A stretch of 59,063 nt of DNA, the filler included. It is 4 parts of 4 records of this genome, joined end to end, with 100 filler letters (N's around TTAATTAATTAA, not from the genome) between each part and the next. Parts side by side here need not be neighbours in the genome. Positions count along the whole stretch, not along the records: positions 17,557 to 25,284 come from SRR20825006_1171; positions 25,385 to 39,688 come from SRR20825006_1179; 2 more parts are not named here. One strand, 5' to 3'. Shown piece after piece: positions 20,225 to 30,930 of the stretch (the first letter of the stretch is position 1; each line of letters begins with the position of its first letter). Both the position numbers and the translations under genes were made by a program. The notes under the pieces were generated by a model. That model was not told where the DNA came from, ran no database searches, and saw only the letters and a program-made list of their open reading frames with translations.

Positions 20225-20794
20225 AGGCGGCCTCCGACTTGATCGGGAGCGTTACACCGAACCACGTTCCCTCTCCGGACTTACTGAAACAGCGAATTCT
20301 ATCGGCCACTCCGGCCGCCGCCATTTCATATGCAACACACATTCCGGGTCCGCAGCCTACGGCCAGCGGGGATCCAGAGTTGCTTCAGCGGGAGCCGTCA
20401 GCCTAAAACGCAAAACACCCCCATAGAGTGCGAAAATAGCATGCGCGGCAATTAAAAAATCAAACCCGGAGCACTGAATAGATCCTTGTTTGAAAGCCCG
20501 GCGTATCTCGTACAACCCTGGATGATTTACGCTAAAGGTCAGAACGTTAAAAACCTGTAAACCCCGCCTTGCTCTGGGATATGGGATCCATGCGAGCTTG
20601 CGCGGCTTCATTACAATGAAGACCGTCAGCACCCCATGACGGCTCAGCGGCCCGCAGGAAGACGCATCGCCGAATCATGAAGCGATCCGGACACCCGAAG
20701 CACCGGTCTCCTTCCGGCACAGACATTGTGCTTTTCGGCGGCGGCCATCAGAGTGACATATCAGGATAATAAAGAAGCCAAACAGGGGGACGGG

Positions 20795-21556
20795 ATGGGA
20801 GCTTTCGATCTGAGCGGCAAGGTCGCCGCGGTAACGGGCGGTAACGGCGGCATCGGCCTGGCGATGGCCGAGGGACTTGCCAAGGCTGGTGCGTCAATCA
20901 TGATCATCGGGCGCAACTCCGAGAAAAACAACGTCGCCGAAGGAAAGCTGACGGCGCTCGGCGTCAAGGCCAGCGCCTTTGCGGCCGACGTGACCAGCGA
21001 AGAGGATTGCGCTGCCGCCATGGCTGCGGCGAAAGACCGGTTCGGGCGTCTCGACATCCTGATCAACAATGCCGGAACCAATATCCGCAACGTGCCGCAC
21101 AAGCTCTCGCTGCAGGACTGGCGGACAGTGATCGACACCAATCTGAGCAGCGCCTTCATCTGCAGCAACGCGGCCTATCCGCTGCTGTCGGCCGAGGGCG
21201 GCAAAATCATCAATATCGGCTCCATGCTGTCGATTTTCGGCTCCAGCTACGGCGCCGCCTACGCTGCCAGCAAGGGCGGCATCGTCCAGCTCACAAAATC
21301 GCAGGCCGTGGCCTGGGCACCAGACAACATTCAGGTGAACGCCATTCTGCCCGGCTGGATCAATACCGACCTGACCCGGCAGGCCCGCATCGATGTCGAC
21401 GGTTTGCATGATCGCATTCAGGGTCGCACCCCGGCCGACCGCTGGGGAGACCCCGAGGACCTTGCCGGTGTCGCGGTGTTCCTTTCCGCCTCCGCTTCCG
21501 ATTTCGTCACCGGCACGGCCATTCCGGTCGATGGCGGTTTCTCCGTGAATATCTGA
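20795..21556 (+). CDS. Short-chain dehydrogenase (KduD/gluconate 5-dehydrogenase-like)
   Basis: TGGNGGIG, NNAG, YAASKGG, VNAILPGW. Confidence 0.88.
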   Translation: MGAFDLSGKVAAVTGGNGGIGLAMAEGLAKAGASIMIIGRNSEKNNVAEGKLTALGVKASAFAADVTSEEDCAAAMAAAKDRFGRLDILINNAGTNIRNVPHKLSLQDWRTVIDTNLSSAFICSNAAYPLLSAEGGKIINIGSMLSIFGSSYGAAYAASKGGIVQLTKSQAVAWAPDNIQVNAILPGWINTDLTRQARIDVDGLHDRIQGRTPADRWGDPEDLAGVAVFLSASASDFVTGTAIPVDGGFSVNI

Positions 21557-21586
21557 TTTCCGTTCTCCAGCTCCCCGAGGATAATT

Positions 21587-22750
21587 ATGACCGGCAAACC
21601 CATCGATGAGGTTCTGAACTGGCTGGACAGCCAGCGCGACGCCATGACCGACCTGCTCGAAGCGCTCGTGAACACGGAATCCGGCACCTACAACAAACCC
21701 GGCGTCGATGCCGTCGGTGCGAAGATCGAAGAGCATCTGAACGCGGCCGGCATCAAGACCGAGCGGACCGGCGCCGAGAGCTTTGGCGATTGCATCCGGG
21801 CAGAGATCTCGGCGGCTCCAGGCGGCGCCAACCGGCATATCGTGCTGATGGGGCACCGGGACACCGTCTTCCCGGACGGCACAGTCGCAGACCGCCCCTT
21901 TACCAAGGAAGGCGATATCGCCTACGGCCCCGGCGTTGCCGACATGAAATCCGGCCTGGTGATGAACACCTTCATCATGGAAGCCTTCCACAAGTTCGGT
22001 GGCGCGCCCTTCCCGCTGGTCGCCCTCTATACCGGTGACGAGGAAATCGGTTCTCCCTCGGGGCGCCCGGTGATCGAGGCCACGGCACGCGGCGCGCGGG
22101 CGGTGTTCAACGCGGAGCCCGGACGCGAGACCGGCAATGTGGTGACCGGCCGCAAGGGCGCCTCCTTCTTCAAGTTTGAAATCGCCGGTGTTGCCGCCCA
22201 TTCCGGCGGCCAGCCCGAGAAGGGTGTCAGCGCGATTGAGGAAATGGCCCGCAAGATCCAGGCCCTGCATACGCTCACGAATTTCGAGACCGGCGTCACG
22301 GTGAATGTCGGTTTGCTGTCAGGCGGCAGCTCGGTCAACACAGTCGCCCCGCTCTGCACCGCCGAGGTGGATGTCCGGTTCAAGACCATGGAGCAGCGCG
22401 ACCAGGTCTGGAAAGATATCCAGGCGATCCTCGACACCACCCACCTGCCCGGCACGGAGACCCGCGTCGTTCAGGAACGCGGCTTCCTGCCACTCACCAT
22501 GTCGGGCGACAGCCAGAACATCTTCGACATCTATGTCGGCGGCGCCTCCGAGCTCGGCATGACCATCGATGGCGAGTATTCCGGCGGCAGCGCGGATAGC
22601 GGCTTCACCGCCCAGGTCGGCACGCCCACGCTCTGCTCCACCGGACCGGTCGGCGGCGGCGCGCATTCGATCAACGAATATTGCCGTCTGGATACCCTGG
22701 TGCCGCGCGCGAAAGCCGTCGCACTCGCAATCTCCCGTCTGAACGCCTGA
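21587..22750 (+). CDS. M20 family metallopeptidase (carboxypeptidase G2-like)
   Basis: GHRDTV, GPGVADMKSG, GDEEIGS, AHSINEY. Confidence 0.9.
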   Translation: MTGKPIDEVLNWLDSQRDAMTDLLEALVNTESGTYNKPGVDAVGAKIEEHLNAAGIKTERTGAESFGDCIRAEISAAPGGANRHIVLMGHRDTVFPDGTVADRPFTKEGDIAYGPGVADMKSGLVMNTFIMEAFHKFGGAPFPLVALYTGDEEIGSPSGRPVIEATARGARAVFNAEPGRETGNVVTGRKGASFFKFEIAGVAAHSGGQPEKGVSAIEEMARKIQALHTLTNFETGVTVNVGLLSGGSSVNTVAPLCTAEVDVRFKTMEQRDQVWKDIQAILDTTHLPGTETRVVQERGFLPLTMSGDSQNIFDIYVGGASELGMTIDGEYSGGSADSGFTAQVGTPTLCSTGPVGGGAHSINEYCRLDTLVPRAKAVALAISRLNA

Positions 22751-22849
22751 TCCGAAGAAACAGGAACAGCAACCTCCCGCATGGCTGGACATTCGGGCCG
22801 CGCGGCCTCATGTCTGTTTATCGGTTGAGTTCGGGGGGAGATTCTGAAA

Positions 22850-23470
22850 ATGGCACGCGTTCTGGTTCTCTTCGCGCATCCGAGAACCGACCGGTCCGTC
22901 GCGAACACGGCCCTGGTTGCCGCCGCGCGTGCCATCGACGGCGTGGAGCTGGTCGATCTCTATGCTGAATATCCGGATTTCGATATCGATATCGACCGGG
23001 AACAGCGGCGCCTGCTGGAATCGGACAGCCTTGTGCTGCAGCATCCGGTGTACTGGTATTCCAGCCCCGCCTTGCTGAAGGAATGGCAGGATCTGGTGTT
23101 TGAACACGGGTTCGCCTACGGCTCCGAAGGAACCGCGCTTGCGGGTAAGGTCATGCTTCAGGTCGCCACCTGCGGCACGGCCCGTGAGGCTTACAGGAAG
23201 CGTGGAAAATATGAGAACGAGCTGCGGACATTGTTCTCGCCCTTCGAGCAGACCGCCAAGTTTTGCGGCATGCGTTATCTCGCGCCCTTTGGAGTCTTCT
23301 CGGCCGAGGACGCCGAGGAGGAGAAACGGCTCGACAGCATCGTTGCCGATTACAGCCGCCTGCTGACCGCATTGCGCGACAACACATTGAGTCTTGAGAA
23401 AGCCGGGGCGGCACCGCTTTTGAACGATATCCTCGAAGAGGCTATTTCCCCGGAACCGGCGGCCGTCTGA
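22850..23470 (+). CDS. KefF/KefG-type NAD(P)H oxidoreductase (flavodoxin_2)
   Basis: AHP, QHPVYWYSSPALLKEWQD, GFAYG; coupled to the kef gene. Confidence 0.88.
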   Translation: MARVLVLFAHPRTDRSVANTALVAAARAIDGVELVDLYAEYPDFDIDIDREQRRLLESDSLVLQHPVYWYSSPALLKEWQDLVFEHGFAYGSEGTALAGKVMLQVATCGTAREAYRKRGKYENELRTLFSPFEQTAKFCGMRYLAPFGVFSAEDAEEEKRLDSIVADYSRLLTALRDNTLSLEKAGAAPLLNDILEEAISPEPAAV

Positions 23471-25284
23471 TGGGGTTCTTTCAGGACGCGTTCATCTATC
23501 TGCTTGCCGCCGTGATCGCGGTCACCGTATCGCACCGGCTCGGCCTCGGCTCCGTGCTCGGCTATCTCTTCGCGGGCATCGCCATCGGCCCGGTGCTTGG
23601 CATTGTCGCCGGTGCGGAAACCGAAACGGTCAAGCATTTCGCCGAATTCGGCGTGGTCATCATGCTGTTCCTGATCGGCCTCGAGCTCGAGCCGCAGATG
23701 ATCTGGCGCATGCGCTGGCAATTACTTGGGCTCGGCGGTCTGCAGGTGCTGCTTACGACCGCCACCCTGACGGCGGCCGCCATGGCCGCGGGATTCGCCT
23801 GGCAGACAGCCCTCGTCATCGGCATGACGCTGGCACTTTCTTCCACGGCCATCGTGCTGCAAACCCTGAACGAGAAAGGCTGGATGCGATCGCGGGGCGG
23901 GCAGTCCGCCTTTTCCGTGCTGCTCTTTCAGGACATCGCAGTCATCCCGATGCTGGCCCTGCTGCCATTGCTGGCCGTCGGCGATCCGATTGCGATAGAT
24001 CCGGGCAATGCCGCCGACCCCGCGCATCACGGAAGTCTGCTCGACGGCTTTCCCGGCTGGTTCCAGACGCTTGTCATCGTCGCCACCATTGCCTTCATCA
24101 TTCTGACCGGACGCTTTCTGGTCCGGCCGGCCTTCCGCCTGATCGCGGCGTCCCAGATGCGGGAACTCTTCACCGCCGCCGCTCTGCTGATCGTGGTTTC
24201 CACCGCCCTGTTGATGGATCTCGTCGGGGTATCCGCCGCGCTCGGGGCTTTCCTCGCCGGTGTCGTGCTGTCGACCAGCGAATACCGGCATGCCATCGAA
24301 AGCGATATCGAACCGTTCAAGGGGCTGCTGCTCGGCCTGTTCTTCATCTCCGTCGGCGCGGGTATCGATTTTGATCTGCTGTTCTCCGAGTTCTTCCTGA
24401 TCATCGGCATCGCGCTCGGTATCATCCTGGTCAAGGCATTGGTCCTGCTTGCGCTGGCGGGCATCTTCCGGCTGCCCTGGCAGGACACATGGTTGTTCGG
24501 TCTCGGTCTGGCGCAGGCGGGCGAATTCGCCTTCGTCCTCTTTGGCTTCGCCGGATCGAGCGGCGCCATCGCAGGCAGTCTGGTCGAGATTCTGATTCTC
24601 GCCGTGGCCGTCACCATGCTGCTGACGCCGTTGATGTTCATCCTTTTCGAGCGTTATGTCTTGCCTCGAACAGTCAGCACGATCACTCGTGAGCCTGACG
24701 AAATCCCGGAGCCCGGCACGGTGGTAATCGCCGGTGTCGGACGCGTCGGCCAGATCATCGCCCGCTTGCTGATGGCGGAGAATTACAAGATCGTCGTCCT
24801 CGATCACGACCCCAATCTCGTCGAACGGATGCGGCAGACCGGCGTGCACAGTTACTACGGCGATGCCACCCGTCCGGACCTGCTTGAAGCCGCCGGGCTT
24901 GGCGAGGCAGAGGTTCTGGTCGCGGCACTTGACGATCAGGTTCAGCAGACCGCACTCGTCCGGCATGTGGCGGAGCATTTCCCGAAATGCCGCATCGTCG
25001 CCCGCGCCTTCGACCGTCATCATCTCTACGAACTTGAGAAGGCCGGCGCCCATGTGATCGAGCGCGAGGCCTTCGAGGGCGCGCTGATGCTTGGCCGCCG
25101 CACCTTGCGGGAACTCGGCCTGCACCCTTTCCGGGCCGAACAGAAGGTCCGCGCCTTTCGCCGTCACGACATGCAGACCGTCGATGTGCTGCGTGAATAC
25201 TGGGCTGGCGGGGTTGGAAAAAAGTACCTTACCGCGGTTCGGGAACGCCTTGACGAGCTGATGCAGGTCATGCGCTCGGACCGT
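23470..25284 (+). CDS. KefB/KefC glutathione-regulated K+ efflux antiporter, CPA2 (3' truncated)
   Basis: LGLGSVLGY, LSSTAIV, LLFQD, EPFKGLLLGLFF, KTN domain GVGRVG, YGDATR. Confidence 0.92.
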
Positions 25285-25384
25285 NNNNNNNNNNNNNNNN
25301 NNNNNNNNNNNNNNNNNNNNNNNNNNNNTTAATTAATTAANNNNNNNNNNNNNNNNNNNNNNNNNNNNNNNNNNNNNNNNNNNN
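25285..25384. other. Artificial contig spacer
   Basis: N-run with TTAATTAATTAA. Confidence 0.98.
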
Positions 25385-25455
25385 GTTTCGAGTTTCGAGT
25401 TTCGAGTTTCGAAAGAATAAAACGGTTTTGCCTTTCGCAACTCGCAACTCGTTAC
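25385..25455. repeat. Heptamer tandem repeat with near-complementary arm
   Basis: (gtttcga)x4 at 25385-25412 and tcgcaac-tcgcaac-tcgttac at 25435-25455. Confidence 0.85.
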
Positions 25456-26240
25456 TGTGTTTTTTCCGCTTCCAGAAACAACACATTCCAGGTCAACGGC
25501 AAACCCTGTTCTGTTCGCCGGGTTTCATATTCTTTCACCATCGACTGCCAGGCATTCTTGCCGGTAAGACCGGACGCACCACTGACATGATCCGCGCCGG
25601 TAGCCTTCAACCGGCGGGCGATGGCCTTGACCGAATCGTAGTATTCCACCATCACCTGTTGCTGCAAATGCGCATCGACAAAGCCCGCCTGCAGGGCGGC
25701 GCTCTGCCAGTCGTCAAAACCCGGCAAGGCGTTCACGTGGGGGCGGCGATTAACCGCCTGCCAGCTCTGCTGCAATTCCCGCAGGGAACCAGCCAACGGC
25801 ACCGCCAGCAACAAGCGCCCCCCGGGACACAACACCCGGCCAACCTCTTTCAGGACCGCACGGGGATCACACCATTGCAGGGCAAAGCAACTGAATACCA
25901 ACCCCTGGGAGGCATCGCTCACCGGCAACTGCTCCGCATCCGCGCAGAGAGGCTGGTAGTGCTCATTAAACCGGCCACGCTCTGCGGCTTCGCGCAGCAT
26001 GGCCCGCGACAGGTCCACCGCCTGCCAGTGAGCCTCGGACAACACTTGCTGTTGGGCCCGGGCAAAAGGTGCCGTGGCACATCCCAGGTCCAGCGCCGCA
26101 TTCACCGGCAACCACTGCGGCAAACGCTGCACCAGTGAACGGCCCACCGCCAGCTGCAAAATCGCATGCTCGTCATAACTGCGCGCCGCCCGGCTGAAGT
26201 GGTCGCTGACCGCATGCTTATTCAGAGCGGACGCAGCCAT
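25452..26240 (-). CDS. bioC: Malonyl-ACP O-methyltransferase
   Basis: FSRAARSYD, LDLGC, ALQW; last visible gene of bioBFHC. Confidence 0.88.
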   Translation of the reverse strand: MAASALNKHAVSDHFSRAARSYDEHAILQLAVGRSLVQRLPQWLPVNAALDLGCATAPFARAQQQVLSEAHWQAVDLSRAMLREAAERGRFNEHYQPLCADAEQLPVSDASQGLVFSCFALQWCDPRAVLKEVGRVLCPGGRLLLAVPLAGSLRELQQSWQAVNRRPHVNALPGFDDWQSAALQAGFVDAHLQQQVMVEYYDSVKAIARRLKATGADHVSGASGLTGKNAWQSMVKEYETRRTEQGLPLTWNVLFLEAEKTQ

Positions 26241-26241
26241 C

Positions 26242-27054
26242 TCAAGCGACCAGTTGATATTCGCGATAGAAGTCATAAACCGCTCTCGTAAAAGTCTCCG
26301 GTGCCGACAGGAAAGGCACATGAGCCACCTGCTCGATCAGGGCCGTGCGGCCGTGATGAATCAGCGGTTCGCTGGCGGCCATGGCCGCCGCCGGGACAAT
26401 ATGATCGTTCTCGCCAAAAACCATCAACACCGGCATGGCCAGCGTCGGCAAGACAGTTCGCATGTCTGCCTCGCGCAGAATGTCGAGACCACTGCGCAAG
26501 GCTTTCGGCGCGGGCAGCCCACAGAAATAAAGGATTTCCTTGAGCCGCGCCGTATCCTCGCGCATGGCCGCACTGCCCTTGCAGTTTAATGCGAGGAAAC
26601 GCACCAGGGTGCCTTCATGGTCCTCGTCAAACATTTCGGCGAACTTGCCAAGAATGTCCGGCCTCATGGCCGTATTCCAGCCCTCACCCGTCGTAAACCG
26701 CGGCGAGGTCGCCACGGTGACCACTGACTGCACCCGCGCCGGTGCCTTGTCGGCCATGGCCAACGCCACCAATCCACCCAACGACCAGCCCAGCACGTGG
26801 GCCCGCTCCGGCATGATCGCCAGCACTTCGTCCGCGAGAAAATCCAGCGTGTAGTCCCCGTTGGGCATGGGGCTCTGGCCCATGCCGGGCAGGTCCACCA
26901 CGGTGACCCGGAACCGCTCCAGCAAGGCCGGCACAATGTCGTCAAAGACAATGGCATGCAGCCCCCAGCCGTGAATCAGAACGATGTCCTGCGCCTCGCC
27001 ATCATTCACACCCGTGGCTTTGTAGGTATTGTGAAAGGGAATCAGTTTCGGCAT
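26242..27054 (-). CDS. bioH: Pimeloyl-ACP methyl ester carboxylesterase
   Basis: HGWG, DLPG, GWSLGG, AHVPF; operon context. Confidence 0.9.
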   Translation of the reverse strand: MPKLIPFHNTYKATGVNDGEAQDIVLIHGWGLHAIVFDDIVPALLERFRVTVVDLPGMGQSPMPNGDYTLDFLADEVLAIMPERAHVLGWSLGGLVALAMADKAPARVQSVVTVATSPRFTTGEGWNTAMRPDILGKFAEMFDEDHEGTLVRFLALNCKGSAAMREDTARLKEILYFCGLPAPKALRSGLDILREADMRTVLPTLAMPVLMVFGENDHIVPAAAMAASEPLIHHGRTALIEQVAHVPFLSAPETFTRAVYDFYREYQLVA

Positions 27055-27116
27055 AGCAATCCTGGTTAACTTGACGCCTGGCGCAGGGCGCCCGGCACAA
27101 TAAATCCAATAACGGG

Positions 27117-28262
27117 TCAGGCGTTAGCCAACGCCAGCAACAGCGCATCCACATCCTCAAGCTCATGGGCGGCCGACAATGTCACCCGCAAGCGAGCCTC
27201 GCCTTCCGGCACCGTGGGCGGGCGAATGGCCGTGATCAGCAAACCCTTTTCCCGAAACGCACCACTGAGCGCCATGGCGTCGGCATCACTGCCGATCAGC
27301 AATGGCTGAATCGGTGTGCGCGACGGCATCAGGGTGTAGCCCAGCTCACTGGCACCGTGTCGAAAACGGGCAATCAGTTCTGCCAGCTTCTCCCTGCGCC
27401 AATTTTCCTCACGGGACTTGTGGAGACTGACCCGTGTTGCCGCCGCCACCGCAGCCGGCATGGCAGTGGTATAGATAAACGTGCGGGCGAACTGTATCAG
27501 GGTTTCGATCAAATCATGGCTGCCTGCCACAAAAGCGCCGCCAGTGCCCAGCCCCTTGCCAAGCGTTGCCATGAGGATCTGGGTACGCGGATTAACCCCC
27601 TGGGCAAACAAGGACCCTCGCCCTTGCGGGTCGAGCACACCAAGGCCGTGGGCATCGTCCACCATCAGCCAGGCATCATGGGCTTCACAGGCATCGGCGT
27701 AAGCCGCCAGCGGCGCTTCATCACCATCCATGCTGAAGATGCCATCGGCCACCACCAGTTTGCGACGGGCATCGCTACGCTGCAGCTGACGGCTCAGGGC
27801 ATCGGCATCATTGTGGGCAAAGCGCCGGAAGCGGGCCCCGCTGAGCAGGCCGCCGTCCAGTAGCGAAGCATGATTAAGGCGGTCTTCGAAGACGGCGTCG
27901 CGCTTGCCCAGTAAGGCGGACATGACCCCCAGATTGGCCATGTAGCCGGTGGAAAACAGCAGCGCGCGTTCACGGCCGGTGTGTGCGGCCAGCGCCTCTT
28001 CCAGATCCTGATGGGGACGCTGATGACCGCAAACCAGATGCGACGCACCGCTGCCTACACCCCAGTCTCGTGCCCCCTGCCGGAACGCGTCGATAACATC
28101 GGCATCGTTGGCCAGGCCAAGGTAATCGTTGCTGCAGAAATTCAGGTACTGCTGACCGCCCACAACCGCATGCCGGCCACAGGGGCCGTCCATGATTTGC
28201 GGCTGGCGATAGCGGTGCTGCTCACGACGGGTCGCCAGGTCGGCGGCTAAATCAAAGGTCAT
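27117..28262 (-). CDS. bioF: 8-amino-7-oxononanoate synthase
   Basis: FCSNDYLGL, GSGASHL, FSMDGD, DDAHG, TLGKG, AIRPPTVP. Confidence 0.95.
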   Translation of the reverse strand: MTFDLAADLATRREQHRYRQPQIMDGPCGRHAVVGGQQYLNFCSNDYLGLANDADVIDAFRQGARDWGVGSGASHLVCGHQRPHQDLEEALAAHTGRERALLFSTGYMANLGVMSALLGKRDAVFEDRLNHASLLDGGLLSGARFRRFAHNDADALSRQLQRSDARRKLVVADGIFSMDGDEAPLAAYADACEAHDAWLMVDDAHGLGVLDPQGRGSLFAQGVNPRTQILMATLGKGLGTGGAFVAGSHDLIETLIQFARTFIYTTAMPAAVAAATRVSLHKSREENWRREKLAELIARFRHGASELGYTLMPSRTPIQPLLIGSDADAMALSGAFREKGLLITAIRPPTVPEGEARLRVTLSAAHELEDVDALLLALANA

Positions 28263-28321
28263 TTCTAAGCCCCAGAGGGCGGACATTGGCCCATGCCGAT
28301 AGTGGCCCTACAAAACCGGTC

Positions 28322-29470
28322 TCAATGCCCAGTCGCAGGCCGACCGGTGTCCTTGTCCAGCACATGCTTGGCGGCACGCTTAGTGTCCAAGGCGTTATAG
28401 AAAAGCCCGGCTTCCTCCGCTTGCTGCTCGGATACCTGCGCCTGGATGGCTTCTTCATGGGCTTCATCGGACGCTTCGTGACGCGGATCCAGCGGGTGAA
28501 TCCCCAGCCGCTTGAACAGGCGCTGGTCGTGATTGGCTTCCGGGTTATCGGTGGTCAGCAGACGTTCACCATAGAAAATGGAGTTGGCACCGGCCATGAA
28601 ACACAGGGCCTGGGCTTCGTCGTTCATTTCCTGACGACCCGCAGACAGCCGCACATAGGATTGCGGCATCAGGATCCGGGCCACCGCCACGGTCCGCACA
28701 AACTCGAACGGGTCCAGATCGTCCACATCCGCCAGCGGCGTGCCTTCGATCTTCACCAGCATATTGATAGGAACGGACTCTGGATGATGGGGAAGGTTAG
28801 CCAACTGCTGCAGCAGGCCCACCCGGTCATTGCGTTCCTCGCCCATGCCGACGATCCCGCCGCAACACACCTTCATGCCCGCGTCGCGTACATTGGCCAG
28901 GGTGGACAAACGATCATTGTAGGTGCGAGTGGTAATCACCTGGCCGTAGTATTCCGGCGAGGTGTCCAGATTGTGGTTGTAGTAATCCAGTCCCGCCTCA
29001 GCCAACGCACCGGCCTGACCTTCATTCAGCATGCCCAGGGTCATGCAGGTTTCCATGCCCAGATCTTTGACCTGGCGGATCATGTCCAGCACGTAGGGCA
29101 TGTCCTTGTCGCGGGGGCTGCGCCAGGCGGCGCCCATGCAAAACCGGGATGCCCCGTTCTGCCGGGCAGCCTTGGCCTCTTCCACCACCCGGGACACTTC
29201 CAGCAATTTCTCTTTTTCCAGCTCGGTGTTGTAGTGACCGGACTGGGAGCAGTATTTGCAGTCTTCCGGGCAGGCGCCGGTCTTGATCGACAGCAAGGTG
29301 CTCACCTGCACCGCATTGGGATCGAAATGAGCCCGGTGCAACGCCGCAGCCTGGAAGATCAGGTCGTTGAACGGCAGGGCAAAAAGAGCGTCGATCTCAC
29401 TGCGTTTCCAGTCATGGCGTACAGCCATGTCCGTGGATGGCGATTGGGCGGTGCTGGCGATGGCGGGCAT
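28322..29470 (-). CDS. bioB: Biotin synthase
   Basis: Radical [31 protein letters not shown]. Confidence 0.97.
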   Translation of the reverse strand: MPAIASTAQSPSTDMAVRHDWKRSEIDALFALPFNDLIFQAAALHRAHFDPNAVQVSTLLSIKTGACPEDCKYCSQSGHYNTELEKEKLLEVSRVVEEAKAARQNGASRFCMGAAWRSPRDKDMPYVLDMIRQVKDLGMETCMTLGMLNEGQAGALAEAGLDYYNHNLDTSPEYYGQVITTRTYNDRLSTLANVRDAGMKVCCGGIVGMGEERNDRVGLLQQLANLPHHPESVPINMLVKIEGTPLADVDDLDPFEFVRTVAVARILMPQSYVRLSAGRQEMNDEAQALCFMAGANSIFYGERLLTTDNPEANHDQRLFKRLGIHPLDPRHEASDEAHEEAIQAQVSEQQAEEAGLFYNALDTKRAAKHVLDKDTGRPATGH

Positions 29471-29512
29471 GCTTCATTCTCCTCGGGTAACGTCAGCAGG
29501 CTAAGGAGCCCC

Positions 29513-30259
29513 ATGGCACCTGTCAACCTGAAAGCCGCAACAAAAGTTTACTGCAGCCTACTTTTTGGCCAAATCACCCCTTCGCCCTGCACTCTCTGCG
29601 GCCAATCAGAAAGTGGGGCCCTGTGCGTTGATTGCCTGCACCTGCTGGCCCGGCTGTCTGTACCGGTTTGCCGTTGCGGGCTCCCCCACGGCAACGAGCA
29701 ACCCGCCGAGGCGGATGCTGTGCCACCACTGTGTGGACGCTGTATTCGCCAGCCACCGCCGTTTTCCGCCAGCCAGGCGCCGCTGCAATACAGCTTCCCA
29801 ATAGACGCTCTCATCACACGCTACAAACACCGGGCTGACCTGACGGTAGAGCGGGCCCTCGCCCCACTATTGGCAGAGACGCCGCTACCATGGGCAGATA
29901 CCGATGCCGTATGCCCGCTGCCGGTCCATTGGCGACGGCGATGGCGCCGCGGCTTCGATCAGGGGCATCACCTTGCCAGACTGATGGGGCAATACTGGCA
30001 ACGCCCCGTGCTGCCAGCACTGGTACGTCAACGGGCCACTGCCAGCCAGCAAGAGCTGAGCCGCCGACAACGGCAACGCAATCTGCGCCAGGCCTTTCGG
30101 TGTCAGCACCCTGTCGCCGGACTGCGACTGATTCTGGTGGATGATGTCATGACCACCGGCAGCTCTGCCCGCGCAGCGGCACAATGTCTGCTCGATCACG
30201 GCGCCGAAGATGTGCGGGTATGGACCCTGGCACGCACACTGCCCCCGCCGCTGGCCTGA
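29513..30259 (+). CDS. comF: ComF family protein (Zn ribbon + PRTase)
   Basis: CTLC/CVDC/CGRC, RRGFDQ, RNLRQAF, LVDDVMTTGSS; AAGGAG RBS; divergent from bioB. Confidence 0.9.
   Translation: MAPVNLKAATKVYCSLLFGQITPSPCTLCGQSESGALCVDCLHLLARLSVPVCRCGLPHGNEQPAEADAVPPLCGRCIRQPPPFSASQAPLQYSFPIDALITRYKHRADLTVERALAPLLAETPLPWADTDAVCPLPVHWRRRWRRGFDQGHHLARLMGQYWQRPVLPALVRQRATASQQELSRRQRQRNLRQAFRCQHPVAGLRLILVDDVMTTGSSARAAAQCLLDHGAEDVRVWTLARTLPPPLA
29521..29552. promoter_or_regulatory. Putative BirA operator for the bio operon
   Basis: TGTCAACC-N16-AGTTTACT vs consensus TGTAAACC-N16-GGTTTACA, ~50 bp upstream of bioB. Confidence 0.6.
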
Positions 30260-30347
30260 CACCGCCTTTCTCTGGCAACCAGGGAAACTCCCTAGGCCCC
30301 ATAGCCACCTTTAGGCATAATAACGGCTTGTTCACGGAGGGAATCAC

Positions 30348-30881
30348 ATGACAAGAATAATAATCACCCTGGCCCTGTTGGCCCTGGGCTGTTCCAGTGT
30401 TCAGGCAGAAGACCGTTATAGCGGCGTCACCCTGATGCGTGGCACCGTGGTGTCCGTGGGCCGGGTGGACCCGACAGAAAATATCGGCACCGGTTTTTTT
30501 GTCGACGCCAATTACACCAGCGTGGCGTTGAATGCCGGCGTAGGCACCAAGAAATTTGGCGATTCGCCCATTCGCCGCGACTCCGGCGACGATGATCTTT
30601 CCGCTGCGGACGGCGAACGCGTTAACAATGCCTATGCCGGGGTGGGCTTTGGCCGCATTATTCAGGTTCAATATGGTTACGGCTCAGAAGGCGACCTGCT
30701 GCGCTACCGCTCCGACTTCAACTACCGTTCGGTTATTGATTTCTTCACCGGCAAGCGCACCCCCAAGGACCGCCTGACTCTGGGTGACCGGCTCACGTTC
30801 ACCATCGCCGTGGAGCAATACCTGGACGACGAAGACGAGATTTTCGATAACGCAACCTGGGGCATTGGCCTGTTATTCTGA
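30348..30881 (+). CDS. Exported hypothetical protein, possible small outer-membrane beta-barrel
   Basis: Signal peptide (VQA), Gly/aromatic-rich strands, C-terminal WGIGLLF. Confidence 0.55.
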   Translation: MTRIIITLALLALGCSSVQAEDRYSGVTLMRGTVVSVGRVDPTENIGTGFFVDANYTSVALNAGVGTKKFGDSPIRRDSGDDDLSAADGERVNNAYAGVGFGRIIQVQYGYGSEGDLLRYRSDFNYRSVIDFFTGKRTPKDRLTLGDRLTFTIAVEQYLDDEDEIFDNATWGIGLLF

Positions 30882-30930
30882 TCCGCTGACGGATTCACGA
30901 CTGACCCGGCCGGCCCCGGCAAGGAACACC

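Noticed and set aside
20225-20794. 570-bp intergenic region before the HD-GYP gene as a c-di-GMP riboswitch or sRNA
   Set aside because: Could not match the conserved c-di-GMP riboswitch elements by eye; an Rfam scan would settle it
20894-25167. Long antisense ORFs (20894-22270, 23722-25167; likewise 47453-48598, 33244-33945)
   Set aside because: Shadows of well-supported genes in GC-rich DNA, with no recognisable motifs
25385-25455. Possible CRISPR array
   Set aside because: 7-bp units with no spacers; no cas genes and no repeat-spacer array seen anywhere in the window
25385-29470. Missing bioD/bioA as an incomplete pathway
   Set aside because: The contig ends right after bioC, so absence cannot be judged
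28286-30259. 657-aa ORF suggesting a long ComF fusion
   Set aside because: First ~409 codons are the antisense shadow of bioB; a good RBS and ATG lie at 29513
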